Source of the DNA: Theionarchaea archaeon
GTDB taxonomy: Archaea; Methanobacteriota_B; Thermococci; Methanofastidiosales; SZ-28-30
NCBI GenBank assembly: GCA_018992685.1
Contig: JACVGT010000021.1
Location: 1-64,000, forward strand
DNA length: 64,000 bases
Direction: 5' to 3'
Shown: positions 9,106-20,456 of the stretch, in pieces
Numbering within the stretch: position 1 is the first letter of the stretch
Layout of the letters: each line of letters opens with the position of its first letter
Position numbers and translations under genes: made by a program
Notes under the pieces: generated by a model
Seen by the model: the letters and a program-made list of their open reading frames with translations, nothing else
Database searches by the model: none
What the model was told of the DNA's origin: nothing

Positions 9106-9464
9106 CAGTTGCTGAAGCCCTGCTCTTCCTCATTATACTGGGTATCATCCTCCTGGCGGCTTACTACTTTCTCAAGGGTTCGTCAGGAAGAGTGGAAATC
9201 ACCCGCCCCATTGAAAGTCGCATCGATGAGTACCTTGATCAGAGATTCGACTCCCTCATTTCTGAATGGAGGCTGGTCAGCCGGTCCAGAGTCAGGCGGT
9301 TTGAGAATGAGAAAGCCCCTCAACTTCACGAAGATGAATCACGCATGGCTGAGCTCAGGGCCTTTGAATCGCAGATGAAGGCCACCTTGGATAACCTGGA
9401 GGAACGACTTGATGTCCTTGAAAAGGAAATGGCCAAAGCGGGAAAGGGAAAATCCAAGAAATGA
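9102..9464 (+). CDS. Membrane-anchored coiled-coil paralog 3
   Basis: N-terminal TM, IDEYLDQRFDSLISEWRLVS; ATGA overlap. Confidence 0.8.
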   Translation: MTVAEALLFLIILGIILLAAYYFLKGSSGRVEITRPIESRIDEYLDQRFDSLISEWRLVSRSRVRRFENEKAPQLHEDESRMAELRAFESQMKATLDNLEERLDVLEKEMAKAGKGKSKK

Positions 9465-9711
9465 ACCTGATCTGTTTGCCCAGCTAAGAAGTGAGATCCA
9501 GGCAGTCAGGGAGCAGGGCGAACCTGCACAGAAAAATCCCTCAACCTTTTCCCAGTATCTCTGTGATCTGTGCAGTACATCTCACCCCATATCGGCCCTC
9601 AAGCAGTGTGCAGTGTGTGGCAGGTGGGCATGTCCAGATTGCTGGACTGATACATACTACGTATGTGATTCCTGTGGTGGGATAATTGCTATGAAGAGCA
9701 TAAAGCTTTAA
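9412..9711 (+). CDS. Cys-rich zinc-finger protein
   Basis: CDLC, CAVC, CPDC, CDSC (four CxxC pairs); start uncertain. Confidence 0.75.
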   Translation: MSLKRKWPKRERENPRNEPDLFAQLRSEIQAVREQGEPAQKNPSTFSQYLCDLCSTSHPISALKQCAVCGRWACPDCWTDTYYVCDSCGGIIAMKSIKL

Positions 9712-9734
9712 ATAGTCTGAAGGAAGCGGTATTC

Positions 9735-10211
9735 ATGGAAGAATCTTTTGAACTGGCCGATCGATGGGAACGAATTGCAAAACGGTATGAAGAAGATAAC
9801 TTCCTACTGGAAAAACAGCTGGTAGAAACGAAGATTGAACGCGACCAGTGGAAAAGACAGTATGAAAGTGAGAAAAAGAAGAGCTGGGGCTGGGCTCTGG
9901 CTCTGCTTTCTGTGCTGCTCATTCTTTCTGCGGCCGGGCTTGCCTACTTTGCCACTGAATACGATCGGTTATCCAAGGAAAATCGCAGCCTGCAGTCTCA
10001 ATTGGACGCGGAACAACAGGCTCGCATATCGCTGGAGACGGAGTTGTATGCCGAGATTGATCAGCTGGAAGCTGAAATTGCTGCACTGGAATCAGAGAAT
10101 GCAGTCTATGAGTCCCAGGTTGCGCAGCTGCAACGAGAAGTCGATGATAAGAAGAAGCTCGTCGAAGAACTGCAGAAAATCATTAAAAATCTGCGAGAGG
10201 AGGAGTCTTAG
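9735..10211 (+). CDS. TM-anchored long coiled-coil protein
   Basis: Central hydrophobic helix flanked by heptad repeats. Confidence 0.75.
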   Translation: MEESFELADRWERIAKRYEEDNFLLEKQLVETKIERDQWKRQYESEKKKSWGWALALLSVLLILSAAGLAYFATEYDRLSKENRSLQSQLDAEQQARISLETELYAEIDQLEAEIAALESENAVYESQVAQLQREVDDKKKLVEELQKIIKNLREEES

Positions 10212-11607
10212 TTAGGAACTGATGCCTCTTCCTCAGAATCTGGTAAGCAAAGGCAAGATCTTCTGGTTTGTCAAAATTAAGTACGAATACTTTCTGGAAC
10301 TTGTCTCTGATTATTCTCGCCAACTCACCCCCGACACTGGCTATTATTACGGGTTTCCCATACTCTACCATGAGGCGGGCTGAGTCCTTCACCAGTTCCT
10401 CTCGCAGCGACGCTGGTTCAAAAGAGGGAATACTCAGAACACAATCCACATTGTCTTCTGCAAGAAGAGTTTCCATGACTCTGCAGTATGTTTCTGAGGA
10501 AGCGTCACCCACAATGTCCAAGGGGTTGGTGACAGTCACGTTGGGAGGCAGGATCTTCTCCAGATCAGATACAACACTGGGTGACAATACACTGAGAGTT
10601 GACTCAGGTACGTGGTGCTGCCGCAGTGATTCAGCCAGGAGCACCTTGAACCCACCTGCATTGGTGATGCCCACACAAAAGAAGTGATCCCTGTTGAGGA
10701 AACGATCAGAAACCATGGAGTGGGTCATTATGGCAGCGCAAAACTCTCCATAGTTATGAGCCCTATTCACATGAACCTGCTTCAGGGCACCATCCAAGAT
10801 AGCATCATTGGTCGCCACACTGCCCGTGTGAGACAGAGCTGCCTTGGAAGCCAGCTCGCTGCCAGGCTTGAGAATGACCACAGGTTTTTTTTCATTAAGG
10901 CTCCGGGCAGCTTTCATGAATCGCCTGCCATTCCTGATCCCCTCAATGTAAACCCCCACAACATCACATTCCGTGTCCTTCTGGAAGTATTCCATGAAAT
11001 CAGTGGCCACCAGGTCAATACCATTTCCGTAATTGACCAGTTTATTCAATCCCAACCCCTGTTCTTCCAGCCACGCGGTAAGCAGTCCTGAGACGGACCC
11101 CGACTCACTGATGATGTTAATGTTGCCCTTGGGAGGAATGGGCATGCCCTCCAGGGTGAAAGGACTGTAATCCGGAAGGAAGGTACTATTGACAAAGGGA
11201 ATATTCAATACACCAATACAATTTGGCCCCACAATTCTCATCCCACTCTCTCGTGCTGTCTTCGCAATCTTCTGCTCAAGGATCTTACCTTCTTTGAAGC
11301 GAGCCGCTTCACCAAATCGTGAGGTAACGATAATGAGAAACTTGACCTTTGTTTCTCCACACTCTCTGGTGATCTGCAGTGTGTTGTCAGGACCCACGAC
11401 AGAAATCGCCACGTCGATTTCATCCGGAATGTCGCGGACAGAACGGTATACTTTGCGGCCCATCACCTCATCGTATTCCGGGTGAATCGGGTACAATTCA
11501 GCCTTCAGATGAATATTATTCTGCATGACATGATATCCCAGACTTCCTTCCTTGTGAGAAGCCCCAATCACAGCCACCGTCCTCGGATAGAAAAGATCAT
11601 CCAACAT
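10183..11607 (-). CDS. Acyl-CoA synthetase (ADP-forming) alpha subunit
   Basis: VAVIGAS, GPNCIG, SHTGS phospho-His, NAGG, NPLDIVGDA. Confidence 0.92.
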   Translation of the reverse strand: MLDDLFYPRTVAVIGASHKEGSLGYHVMQNNIHLKAELYPIHPEYDEVMGRKVYRSVRDIPDEIDVAISVVGPDNTLQITRECGETKVKFLIIVTSRFGEAARFKEGKILEQKIAKTARESGMRIVGPNCIGVLNIPFVNSTFLPDYSPFTLEGMPIPPKGNINIISESGSVSGLLTAWLEEQGLGLNKLVNYGNGIDLVATDFMEYFQKDTECDVVGVYIEGIRNGRRFMKAARSLNEKKPVVILKPGSELASKAALSHTGSVATNDAILDGALKQVHVNRAHNYGEFCAAIMTHSMVSDRFLNRDHFFCVGITNAGGFKVLLAESLRQHHVPESTLSVLSPSVVSDLEKILPPNVTVTNPLDIVGDASSETYCRVMETLLAEDNVDCVLSIPSFEPASLREELVKDSARLMVEYGKPVIIASVGGELARIIRDKFQKVFVLNFDKPEDLAFAYQILRKRHQFLTKTPPLADF

Positions 11608-11721
11608 GACATAGTAGAGAAATCAGGCTTTATAAGAATAAGGAACTCTTCTCCCCCTTGTACTTCATTCAGTGGTAATTATACTTTAGTACCACCAAGA
11701 GATTCAGAGTAATCCTAAATG

Positions 11722-11758
11722 AGAAAAAAAGGAAAGAAAGTCCCTCTTTAAGGGGGAC
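11722..11758 (-). terminator. Hairpin plus pyrimidine tract terminator
   Basis: GTCCCCCT-TAA-AGAGGGAC followed by TTTCTTTCCTTTTTTT on the minus strand. Confidence 0.5.
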
Positions 11759-11825
11759 ATCTTTCACCTCCCTTCGAGACCAGCTTCCATGTGTGTATCT
11801 CCTGTCCTGTTCTTGCTTGAAGGAG

Positions 11826-11840
11826 TATATAAATCTTTCG
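11826..11840 (-). promoter_or_regulatory. BRE-TATA promoter of a short transcript
   Basis: Minus strand CGAAAGA-TTTATATA. Confidence 0.55.
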
Positions 11841-12013
11841 GTTACAGAGTTATTGAATGTTGTAAATTTTACTGAAGCCCTGCTCTTGTATTCGAAACTC
11901 GGTGGATTAAATTGAGTTCTCACTGAAGAAGAGCTTACCCAGCTTAGTGAGATATTACCTTATATAATGAAAAGAAAACTGTACCTTGGACAGTGAATCG
12001 TAGATGTAATATA

Positions 12014-13297
12014 CTAACCGACCAGAACATCCACGACACTGGCTGTTGATTGATCCACGAATTTGACAACAATGGTTACAGGTTGTATGGTCTGTTCCTG
12101 CCCCATGAAGATCCAAAGGAGAAGCTTGTCCAGTTCAGTAAGCAACTCCTGTCCCTCAGCTCCCTCCTTGAGAATCTGCTTTAATTTCAACCCTGCTGCA
12201 TACGTTCCTTCCCTGGCATTTCCCGCAATCACCAGCATACACAGTCTCTTGTCGCCTCCAGTTATAGAATGAATGGCAGAATCATCCAACCTGTCGAACA
12301 TGGGGATCAGGGCGATTATGCCGTACTCTGAGTCGCTGTATGAGAACCCTCCGGGTTCCTGAATGAACCATTTGTTGGCGAGATTCCGATTTTCTATGAA
12401 CTTGGTGGACAAACTGGAATTGTACCGCAGCATGGAAGTATTGACTTCTGGTCCTCCAACAATGACGGTAAAAAACCCTGCTTTCTCCAGGTTCGCATTG
12501 TCATTGACGATCTCCACAGTCTGCAGCTGATCCAGCGTGGTAGCACTAATGGAAGTGTACCGGTCTTTGAACTCAGGCACTTTCTCAGTAATCCGAGGGT
12601 CTGCTTCTTTGATCCAGGTGAGGAGAGCACTGCGCACCTGGAGAGCTGTGACTCCATCCATCTGGTTAGCCTCAACTCCCACTACAATGATTGAGCCTGG
12701 GTCAAATTTCACCCCACTCTGCAGGAGAATAGACGCTTTTGGTCTTTCTGTAGTCTTTACTATGATCTCCAGGTCCTCACCGGGTACGGCTTCAAACCGC
12801 TGCTCGGGGTAGTCTGTGACAATGAGAAAGCATGTTCGGTCAACGCTCACCTCAAAATCAAACCGGGAAGTATCATCGGTTACTGAAAATCCAATACTCT
12901 CATTTCGAATGGCATCAAAGAACTCGATCACGTAACCCGCTCCCGCAAGAGTATCAGTTGAATTGAAATATAGGGTGCCCGAAATATACCCTGTCTCTGA
13001 TGAATACAACACTACCTCGTAGCTCGTGGGATAGGGGGGGTTTAGAATTGCCCCATAGCTCTCATATCCATCCTTGTTGACCACGAGGCTGATGGGGACA
13101 GTGTACTGCTGAGGAATTTCCATGACAGCTATTCCCTCTGCATTCGTTTTCTTTTCGTCATACGCTACTTTCACATTGGCCCCTTCTATGGGATTCCCGT
13201 TAATGTCAAACACGCGAATAGTAAGAGCGTAGGCCGTAACCGAGTAGATACTAGTTATGAATAGGAAGATAATGAGCAGTATCTTGAAGATTCTCAT
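12014..13297 (-). CDS. Secreted surface protein (carboxypeptidase-regulatory-like beta-sandwiches, S-layer C-terminal-like region)
   Basis: Signal peptide; GNPIEGANV, TNAEG; IVGGPEVN and IAGNAREGT motifs. Confidence 0.7.
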   Translation of the reverse strand: MRIFKILLIIFLFITSIYSVTAYALTIRVFDINGNPIEGANVKVAYDEKKTNAEGIAVMEIPQQYTVPISLVVNKDGYESYGAILNPPYPTSYEVVLYSSETGYISGTLYFNSTDTLAGAGYVIEFFDAIRNESIGFSVTDDTSRFDFEVSVDRTCFLIVTDYPEQRFEAVPGEDLEIIVKTTERPKASILLQSGVKFDPGSIIVVGVEANQMDGVTALQVRSALLTWIKEADPRITEKVPEFKDRYTSISATTLDQLQTVEIVNDNANLEKAGFFTVIVGGPEVNTSMLRYNSSLSTKFIENRNLANKWFIQEPGGFSYSDSEYGIIALIPMFDRLDDSAIHSITGGDKRLCMLVIAGNAREGTYAAGLKLKQILKEGAEGQELLTELDKLLLWIFMGQEQTIQPVTIVVKFVDQSTASVVDVLVG

Positions 13298-13481
13298 ACT
13301 CTAATCATTGAGAGGACCTTTTTAAACATTACCATAAAACAGGTTGCCCTAGGGTGGGATTTTCGATTTTACAGGAATCAAATGGGACTATTGGGGAGAA
13401 AGGTCTCTTTCTGATGTCAGACAGAACCATGGGCAGCAGGTTGGGAACATCTTTTTATATGGAAAGTCCCTAAGAGAATCA

Positions 13482-13785
13482 GTGGGCGGTCTGCGGCTTC
13501 GGACGCATGTCTGAGGAAGTTCTGTCCATGGGGCTGGGACCGTAGCTCCTCCGGAGCCTGGCGAAAGTCAGGGTAAAGCACAGAAACAACACGGCCATCA
13601 CCTGATGAGAATGAGACAGCCCATCTGTCGACGAATGTGGTGGAAGCGGTGAAAAGCTCCCTTACGGTCATGCAAGACCAAATGTTGCCAATGAATCCCC
13701 AGCTAGAGGCAGAGGTAGGTCGCTTAGTGGAATGCCGCACGTGATCTCTTGATCACATACAGAAGACAGGCTATAGACCGCCCAC
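13482..13785 (+). ncRNA. rnpB: Archaeal RNase P RNA (type A)
   Basis: P1 GTGGGCGGTCT/AGACCGCCCAC; P4 GAGGAAGTTCTGTCC and ACAGAAGACAGGCTA; P7, P8, P9 (GCGAAAGT) present; TATA at ~13453. Confidence 0.95.
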
Positions 13786-13906
13786 CTCTCTCTGGTTTTT
13801 GCGATTCTCGCCGTTACTGGTCATCAGTTACACAGGCTGCTTCCTTGAGATTGCAGATTCTCGCAATGTATATAAGGACTGAAGAACGAATGAGTACGGT
13901 GATATC

Positions 13907-14074
13907 ATGGCCTTAACGCCACCCAAGAAAACCACATGGTATCTGTGCATTCTGTTGTGGATCATTGGCGTAATTGTGACCTTTGGAGTTGCTGACTACC
14001 AGCTGTATGGCTCTCTTATCCTGGCTCTTTCAGGGATAATATTGATTCTGGCAGTGTATTTCAAAGGTATGTAA
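13907..14074 (+). CDS. 55-aa two-TM membrane protein (below the ORF-track cutoff)
   Basis: MALTPPKKTTWYLCILLWIIG...YFKGM; TATATAA upstream, GGTGA RBS, T-tract downstream. Confidence 0.75.
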   Translation: MALTPPKKTTWYLCILLWIIGVIVTFGVADYQLYGSLILALSGIILILAVYFKGM

Positions 14075-14217
14075 ATATCTCTTTTTTTTGACTTTTTTAT
14101 TTTCTTACAGACGCTTCAGGGGAGGAGTGGCAGTTCGGAACCTACACGCAGTAGCCCACCGCTGCCGGAGTGGAAGCCGACCAAAGAGTTATAAGGGTTG
14201 ATCTCTTACCACTCGAC

Positions 14218-15891
14218 ATGAATATTGACCAGATCTTCTCGCAACTTGAGGGGAAGATTGCTAAGAATGAGCTTGATCAGAAAATACGAGAGAAGATCGA
14301 TGAATTTGGCGGCCTTTTGTCTGAAGAGGGAGCGATTTTGATAGTTGCAGCAGATTTAGGGATAGATCTGAAACTGGAGCACCCCCGTGAATTCATGGAA
14401 ATCAAGGACCTGAGCGTGGGTATGAGCGACATCTGGCTGTGTGCCAGAGTGATCTGCATTTCGTCCATTAAAGTCTTCCAGAGAGATTCTGGCATCGGGA
14501 AGGTGGCCAATGTGGAGGTCATGGATGGGACGGGGAGTACCCGCGTGGTGTTGTGGGATGATCTGGCAGACCTTGCTGTGAGACTGACCAAGGGAGAAGT
14601 CGTTGAGGTAAAAGGTGGGTACATCAAAAAAGGATATAGAGAAGGATTGGAAATCCATCTTTCCCCTTCTAGGAGAGGGAGTATTACTACGAAATCCGAG
14701 ATTGAAAAGGATCTACCTGAATGCAAGACTGAATATACTCCTATAGCGGAATTAGAAGAAGAAATGGCAGACGTTGATGTCGCTGGAAGAGTGGGCCAGT
14801 TGTTTGGGATCAGAGAATTTCAGAAAAACGGAGGAACAGGGAAAGTTGCCTCATTATCACTGGTGGACGACACTGGTGAGATCAGGCTGTGCTTATGGAA
14901 TGACAAGGCGGATATTGCCCAGCGACTGAAACGGGGAGATTTAATTGCTGTGGAGGGCGGGTACACCAAGATGGGATTGAACGAGCTGGAACTACATTCA
15001 GGCTGGAGAGGGCGCATTGTGTTGAACCCTGCCATTTCAGTTTCAGAACTGCCTGAATTGGAACGAGTTGATCTCATTGATCTCGAACCCGGCCAGTCGT
15101 ACAGTGTTTCGGGCACCATAGCTGAGGTAGGTGAGAGGCGTTCCTTTGTCAAGAGCGATGGTTCACCTGGTCAGCTGGCCAGTTTCATCCTCCAGGACAA
15201 GAGTGCAGAAGTCCGAGTCGTATTATGGAATGAACAGGCGGATTTGGTGGATGGACTAGTCCAGGGGATACGTCTCAGTATTGACAATGGATTTGCGAAA
15301 GAGGGGATGCAGGGTCTGGAACTCCATGTCTCAGCTCTGGGACAGGTTACGATTGAAGAAGAATTTACCATTGAGCAGAAGATTTTCAATGTGAAAAAAG
15401 GTTCCGTTGTCTTGACGGGGAGGTACTACAAGGGAGAGCTGATTGATGAGTCAGGAAGAATTCGCGTTGACCTTGATACTACTGTGGAAGACGGTCAGCT
15501 CTTGAGGATTGAGGGAATCTATGACACAGAAATGACTGTCAAAAGCGTTGAGAAGATCACCGATGAGTTTCCATCACTGGAATCATTGTTGCACCCTCCC
15601 CGGAAGCGTCTGGCAGCCCTTGAGGAAGGAGACTTTGTAGAGGTCTATGCCCTGGTGAGAAGAGTTCTGGAATTCAACACCTACGCCAGGGTTACTTTAG
15701 ATGATGGCTCAGGGGAAGCAACGGGCATAGTGGTTGGAGACATCAAAGAAGGCGAAGAGTATTGCTTTTACACAAGGATTTATAAACGGGAGACAGGAGT
15801 AGAATGCGTCTGCTACCAGTTCCACATTGTGGAAGCAGAAAAGGAAGCTTTCGACGTGATTAAGGAACTGGAAGGACTAGTGGAGGTCTAG
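14218..15891 (+). CDS. rpa: Replication protein A, multi-OB-fold
   Basis: Repeated OB folds ([36 protein letters not shown]); adjacent to radA. Confidence 0.9.
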   Translation: MNIDQIFSQLEGKIAKNELDQKIREKIDEFGGLLSEEGAILIVAADLGIDLKLEHPREFMEIKDLSVGMSDIWLCARVICISSIKVFQRDSGIGKVANVEVMDGTGSTRVVLWDDLADLAVRLTKGEVVEVKGGYIKKGYREGLEIHLSPSRRGSITTKSEIEKDLPECKTEYTPIAELEEEMADVDVAGRVGQLFGIREFQKNGGTGKVASLSLVDDTGEIRLCLWNDKADIAQRLKRGDLIAVEGGYTKMGLNELELHSGWRGRIVLNPAISVSELPELERVDLIDLEPGQSYSVSGTIAEVGERRSFVKSDGSPGQLASFILQDKSAEVRVVLWNEQADLVDGLVQGIRLSIDNGFAKEGMQGLELHVSALGQVTIEEEFTIEQKIFNVKKGSVVLTGRYYKGELIDESGRIRVDLDTTVEDGQLLRIEGIYDTEMTVKSVEKITDEFPSLESLLHPPRKRLAALEEGDFVEVYALVRRVLEFNTYARVTLDDGSGEATGIVVGDIKEGEEYCFYTRIYKRETGVECVCYQFHIVEAEKEAFDVIKELEGLVEV

Positions 15892-15892
15892 G

Positions 15893-16831
15893 ATGCCAAA
15901 TATCGAGGATTTACCCGGAATTGGTCCCAAGACAGCAGAAAAACTGCGAGAAGCGGGATATGCAACGGTGGAGAAGATTGCAGTGAGTTCACCGAAAGAT
16001 CTCAGTGAACTGGCTGACCTGGGTGAAACTATTGCCACCAAGGTCATTGAGGCTGCCAAAGAGATGGCAGATGTGGGTGGATTCATAACTGCAGAGGAGC
16101 TGCAGGAAAAGAGAAAAAGTATCGGACATATTACAACGGGAAGCAATGATTTGAATGAGCTCCTGGGAGGGGGTGTGGAGACGCAGGCCATTACTGAAGT
16201 ATTTGGTGAATTTGGCTCTGGAAAGTCTCAACTGGCCCATCAACTATGTGTGAATGTCCAGCTTCCCGAGGAAAAGGGTGGACTGAACGCGGGAGCCATC
16301 TTCATTGATACTGAAAACACCTTCAGACCGCAGCGTATTATTCAAATGGCCGAAGGACTGGAACTTGATACTGCTGCTGTTATGAAGAAGATCAGGGTGG
16401 CCCGGGCGTTCAACTCTTCGCACCAGATTCTTCTAGCTGAGAAATCTGAAGAACTGCTTCGCCAGGGAGGGATTAGGCTCTTGGTTGTGGATTCTCTCAC
16501 AGCGTCCTTCAGAGCAGAATACATTGGAAGAGGTACTCTGGCTGAGAGGCAGCAACTGTTGAATAAGCACCTGAGGACTTTGCACGAGATGGCAGACCTG
16601 TATGATGTGGCAGTGTTTGTCACCAACCAGGTTTCAGCCAGGCCAGATGCATTCTTCGGAGATCCCAATAAACCTATTGGGGGACACGTTCTGGGACATT
16701 CAGCCACTATGCGCGTCTATCTGAGAAAGTCAAAGAAAGGCCAGCGAATTGCCCGGCTGGTGGATTCACCTAACCTCCCCGAGGGTGAGGCCATCTTTGT
16801 GGTGACTGAACAGGGAATAATTGACAAGTGA
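15893..16831 (+). CDS. radA: DNA repair and recombination protein RadA
   Basis: N-terminal Hh[29 protein letters not shown]. Confidence 0.98.
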   Translation: MPNIEDLPGIGPKTAEKLREAGYATVEKIAVSSPKDLSELADLGETIATKVIEAAKEMADVGGFITAEELQEKRKSIGHITTGSNDLNELLGGGVETQAITEVFGEFGSGKSQLAHQLCVNVQLPEEKGGLNAGAIFIDTENTFRPQRIIQMAEGLELDTAAVMKKIRVARAFNSSHQILLAEKSEELLRQGGIRLLVVDSLTASFRAEYIGRGTLAERQQLLNKHLRTLHEMADLYDVAVFVTNQVSARPDAFFGDPNKPIGGHVLGHSATMRVYLRKSKKGQRIARLVDSPNLPEGEAIFVVTEQGIIDK

Positions 16832-16836
16832 TCTGA

Positions 16837-18195
<1,359 letters not shown>

Positions 18196-18271
18196 CTCAT
18201 GGAATCACATCGTATCCCCTGCCCGATCAATAAGGGGATACCTTTTTAACACTAGAGAGTACATCCATACT

Positions 18272-18892
18272 ATGGAAATCGGGCCCATAGACATGCTGAT
18301 GTCACTGGTCTTTGCCCGTGAAGTGGATCCCTGGAATATTGATATTGTAGAATTGACGGAAAAATATCTGGAACAGATACAGAGGGCAGAAGAGTTGGAT
18401 TTACGATTATCTGGAAAGACATACCTAGTGGCTACCATTCTCCTCAGAATGCAATCTGAATCCTTTTTCATTGAAGAGAAGGAGGTAGAAGAAGAGGAAG
18501 AAGACGAACTTGATTTTGAGCCGTCACCCATCCTTCCTCCTCTGAGGCGAAGAAGTGGCAAGATCACCCTTCCGGAGTTGCTGAATGCCCTGCTCTTGGT
18601 ACTGGAGGAACGCGAAAAGCGAAAAGACAGGCCTAAAAAACCCCCTGAACGTCACGTCGTCCGGGTGGATGTCTACAGAGTAGATGTCAAGAAATATGTT
18701 GATGAGCTGTTTTTGCGAATCAAGATGATGGCGAACGGTGAGATCATAACCTTCTCTCAGTTGCTCATAGACAAATCGCCCTTATTTATAGCACGAACAT
18801 TTTTATACCTCTTGTTCTTAGAAATGAACCAAAGAGTAGAAATCTGGCAAGAAGCAGAATTCGGTGAAATCTATATCAAGGTGATAACGTGA
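18272..18892 (+). CDS. scpA: Segregation/condensation protein A (kleisin)
   Basis: DPWNIDIVELTEKYL and FLYLLFL...QEAEFGEI. Confidence 0.92.
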   Translation: MEIGPIDMLMSLVFAREVDPWNIDIVELTEKYLEQIQRAEELDLRLSGKTYLVATILLRMQSESFFIEEKEVEEEEEDELDFEPSPILPPLRRRSGKITLPELLNALLLVLEEREKRKDRPKKPPERHVVRVDVYRVDVKKYVDELFLRIKMMANGEIITFSQLLIDKSPLFIARTFLYLLFLEMNQRVEIWQEAEFGEIYIKVIT

Positions 18893-19299
18893 AAGACCCT
18901 TATATTCTGGTCAGAGCCGACAATTCACAGAAAGCAATGACAGCCTTGGCAGATCTGGAACGATATGCCAACATCCGGATCAACGAACCCCGGTTAATGC
19001 CCAAACACATGGCGGAGGATCTGATATCAGAATTCCTCAATCTGAAAAGCGAGAAGAGGGTGAATTTCGTAGTTCAAGTCCACATGAATCCAGGTGAGGT
19101 TATCAAGAGGGTGCGGAAAATCAGACCTCCTGCCCACATTGTGGTGGTAACTGACAGGTACCGAACTTACGAGATCATGGAAGCCAACTATCAGGAATTT
19201 CCCAAGATTGAAGGATTCGTCCCGCCAAAGCCAGCGCCTCCGGGAAGAAAACAAGGAAGAGGGAGAAGCCCCGGAAGACCCTACAGAAAGAAGTACTAG
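18889..19299 (+). CDS. DUF356 family archaeal protein
   Basis: ILVRADN..KA..ALADLERYA, IRPPAHIVVV. Confidence 0.8.
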   Translation: MKDPYILVRADNSQKAMTALADLERYANIRINEPRLMPKHMAEDLISEFLNLKSEKRVNFVVQVHMNPGEVIKRVRKIRPPAHIVVVTDRYRTYEIMEANYQEFPKIEGFVPPKPAPPGRKQGRGRSPGRPYRKKY

Positions 19300-19358
19300 G
19301 TGAGCCTGAGAAAGTGGTGGATAACGCGGCGAAATGGATCGTGCCACTGGCGGTACTT

Positions 19359-20267
19359 CTACCTTTCTTTCATTTTCTTGATGGCTTCCAGCATGCTACA
19401 TGTCTTGCAGACCGTGCCCACAGTGGGCTCGCCGCATCGGCTGCACAGAGAAATGGGACAGGTGAACTGTTCCTGAAAATAGGGGACAAGTCTGTCATAA
19501 CTTTTGAGCAAGCTGTATTTGGTAGTTGGTCTCTTTGATTCCATGGAGTCCAGAAAATCCCTGATATCCCCTCTCAAAGCTTCAGAAGCGTAGGGACAAA
19601 CTGAATGGTCCACGTCAATCCTGGCCAGAACAGCGTACAGCATTACCTCCTTTTCCAGAATCGTTCTGAGAGGTTTGATTCTGGGGACAAAATGGGGAGA
19701 TTCAGTATAAGAAGGACCCGTTCTGCCAAACCTGAACAGGTCACCCCGCAGGAAGTTCATGAGCACTGATTGTACTTCATCATCCAAGTTCAGGCCTACC
19801 GCGAGCTTTCCTGCTCCGAGTTCTCGTGCTTTCTGGTTTAACAGGTACCGTCTCAAGACCCCGCAGAACGAACAGTGGGAACAGACATTGGGATCACATG
19901 CATCGATGGTAATTCCAAACTCCTGCTCAAAAGAGAAGATATGGGACTCCACTCCTAAAGTGTTACAATTCTTGACAGCTGCTCCAATCGTCTTCTCTCT
20001 GTAGTTGGAAATTCCTTCATCAATGATGATGGCAGCCATCTCGAAGGGACGGTCCTTCTGTAAATCCCAAAGCAAGTGCAGCAAGACGGTACTGTCTTTC
20101 CCCCCTGAAAGCGCCACTGCAATGGTGTCCCCCTTCTTGATGTAGTTGTAAGCACGTATGGTTTTTCTGAATTTCGAGTGGATACTCTTTGAAAAACATG
20201 TACTGCACAGATACTGTCCTGATTGTCTTCTGTGGTAGACTGCCGTTCTTCCACATCTACATCTCAT
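19359..20267 (-). CDS. tRNA 2-thiolation protein (TtuA/NcsA, TIGR00269)
   Basis: PP-loop SGGKDS, CSFCGVLRR, zinc fingers at both termini. Confidence 0.92.
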   Translation of the reverse strand: MRCRCGRTAVYHRRQSGQYLCSTCFSKSIHSKFRKTIRAYNYIKKGDTIAVALSGGKDSTVLLHLLWDLQKDRPFEMAAIIIDEGISNYREKTIGAAVKNCNTLGVESHIFSFEQEFGITIDACDPNVCSHCSFCGVLRRYLLNQKARELGAGKLAVGLNLDDEVQSVLMNFLRGDLFRFGRTGPSYTESPHFVPRIKPLRTILEKEVMLYAVLARIDVDHSVCPYASEALRGDIRDFLDSMESKRPTTKYSLLKSYDRLVPYFQEQFTCPISLCSRCGEPTVGTVCKTCSMLEAIKKMKER

Positions 20268-20456
20268 TCAACCACCAGAAGCCACAGGGAGGAGTTCAAC
20301 TGCATCATGGTCAGAAATATCATCTTCAACTACCACAGAACCCTCCTTCAGAAGGATGACGCTCTCAATGGGGTAGCCACATTGTTCCAGGATGTGCTCG
20401 ATAGACTGCCCCTCTATCCAGTTCGTTTTGCCATCCACAGTGATCTGGACTTTCAT
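20268..20456 (-). CDS. Ubiquitin-like sulfur carrier (ThiS/SAMP2 type)
   Basis: 62 aa ending PVASGG; abuts the thiolase. Confidence 0.9.
   Translation of the reverse strand: MKVQITVDGKTNWIEGQSIEHILEQCGYPIESVILLKEGSVVVEDDISDHDAVELLPVASGG

Noticed and set aside
13417-13740. 107-aa minus-strand ORF
   Set aside because: Antisense to RNase P RNA
15893-16831. Intein in RadA (also checked PolB)
   Set aside because: Normal lengths, contiguous motifs, no intein signatures
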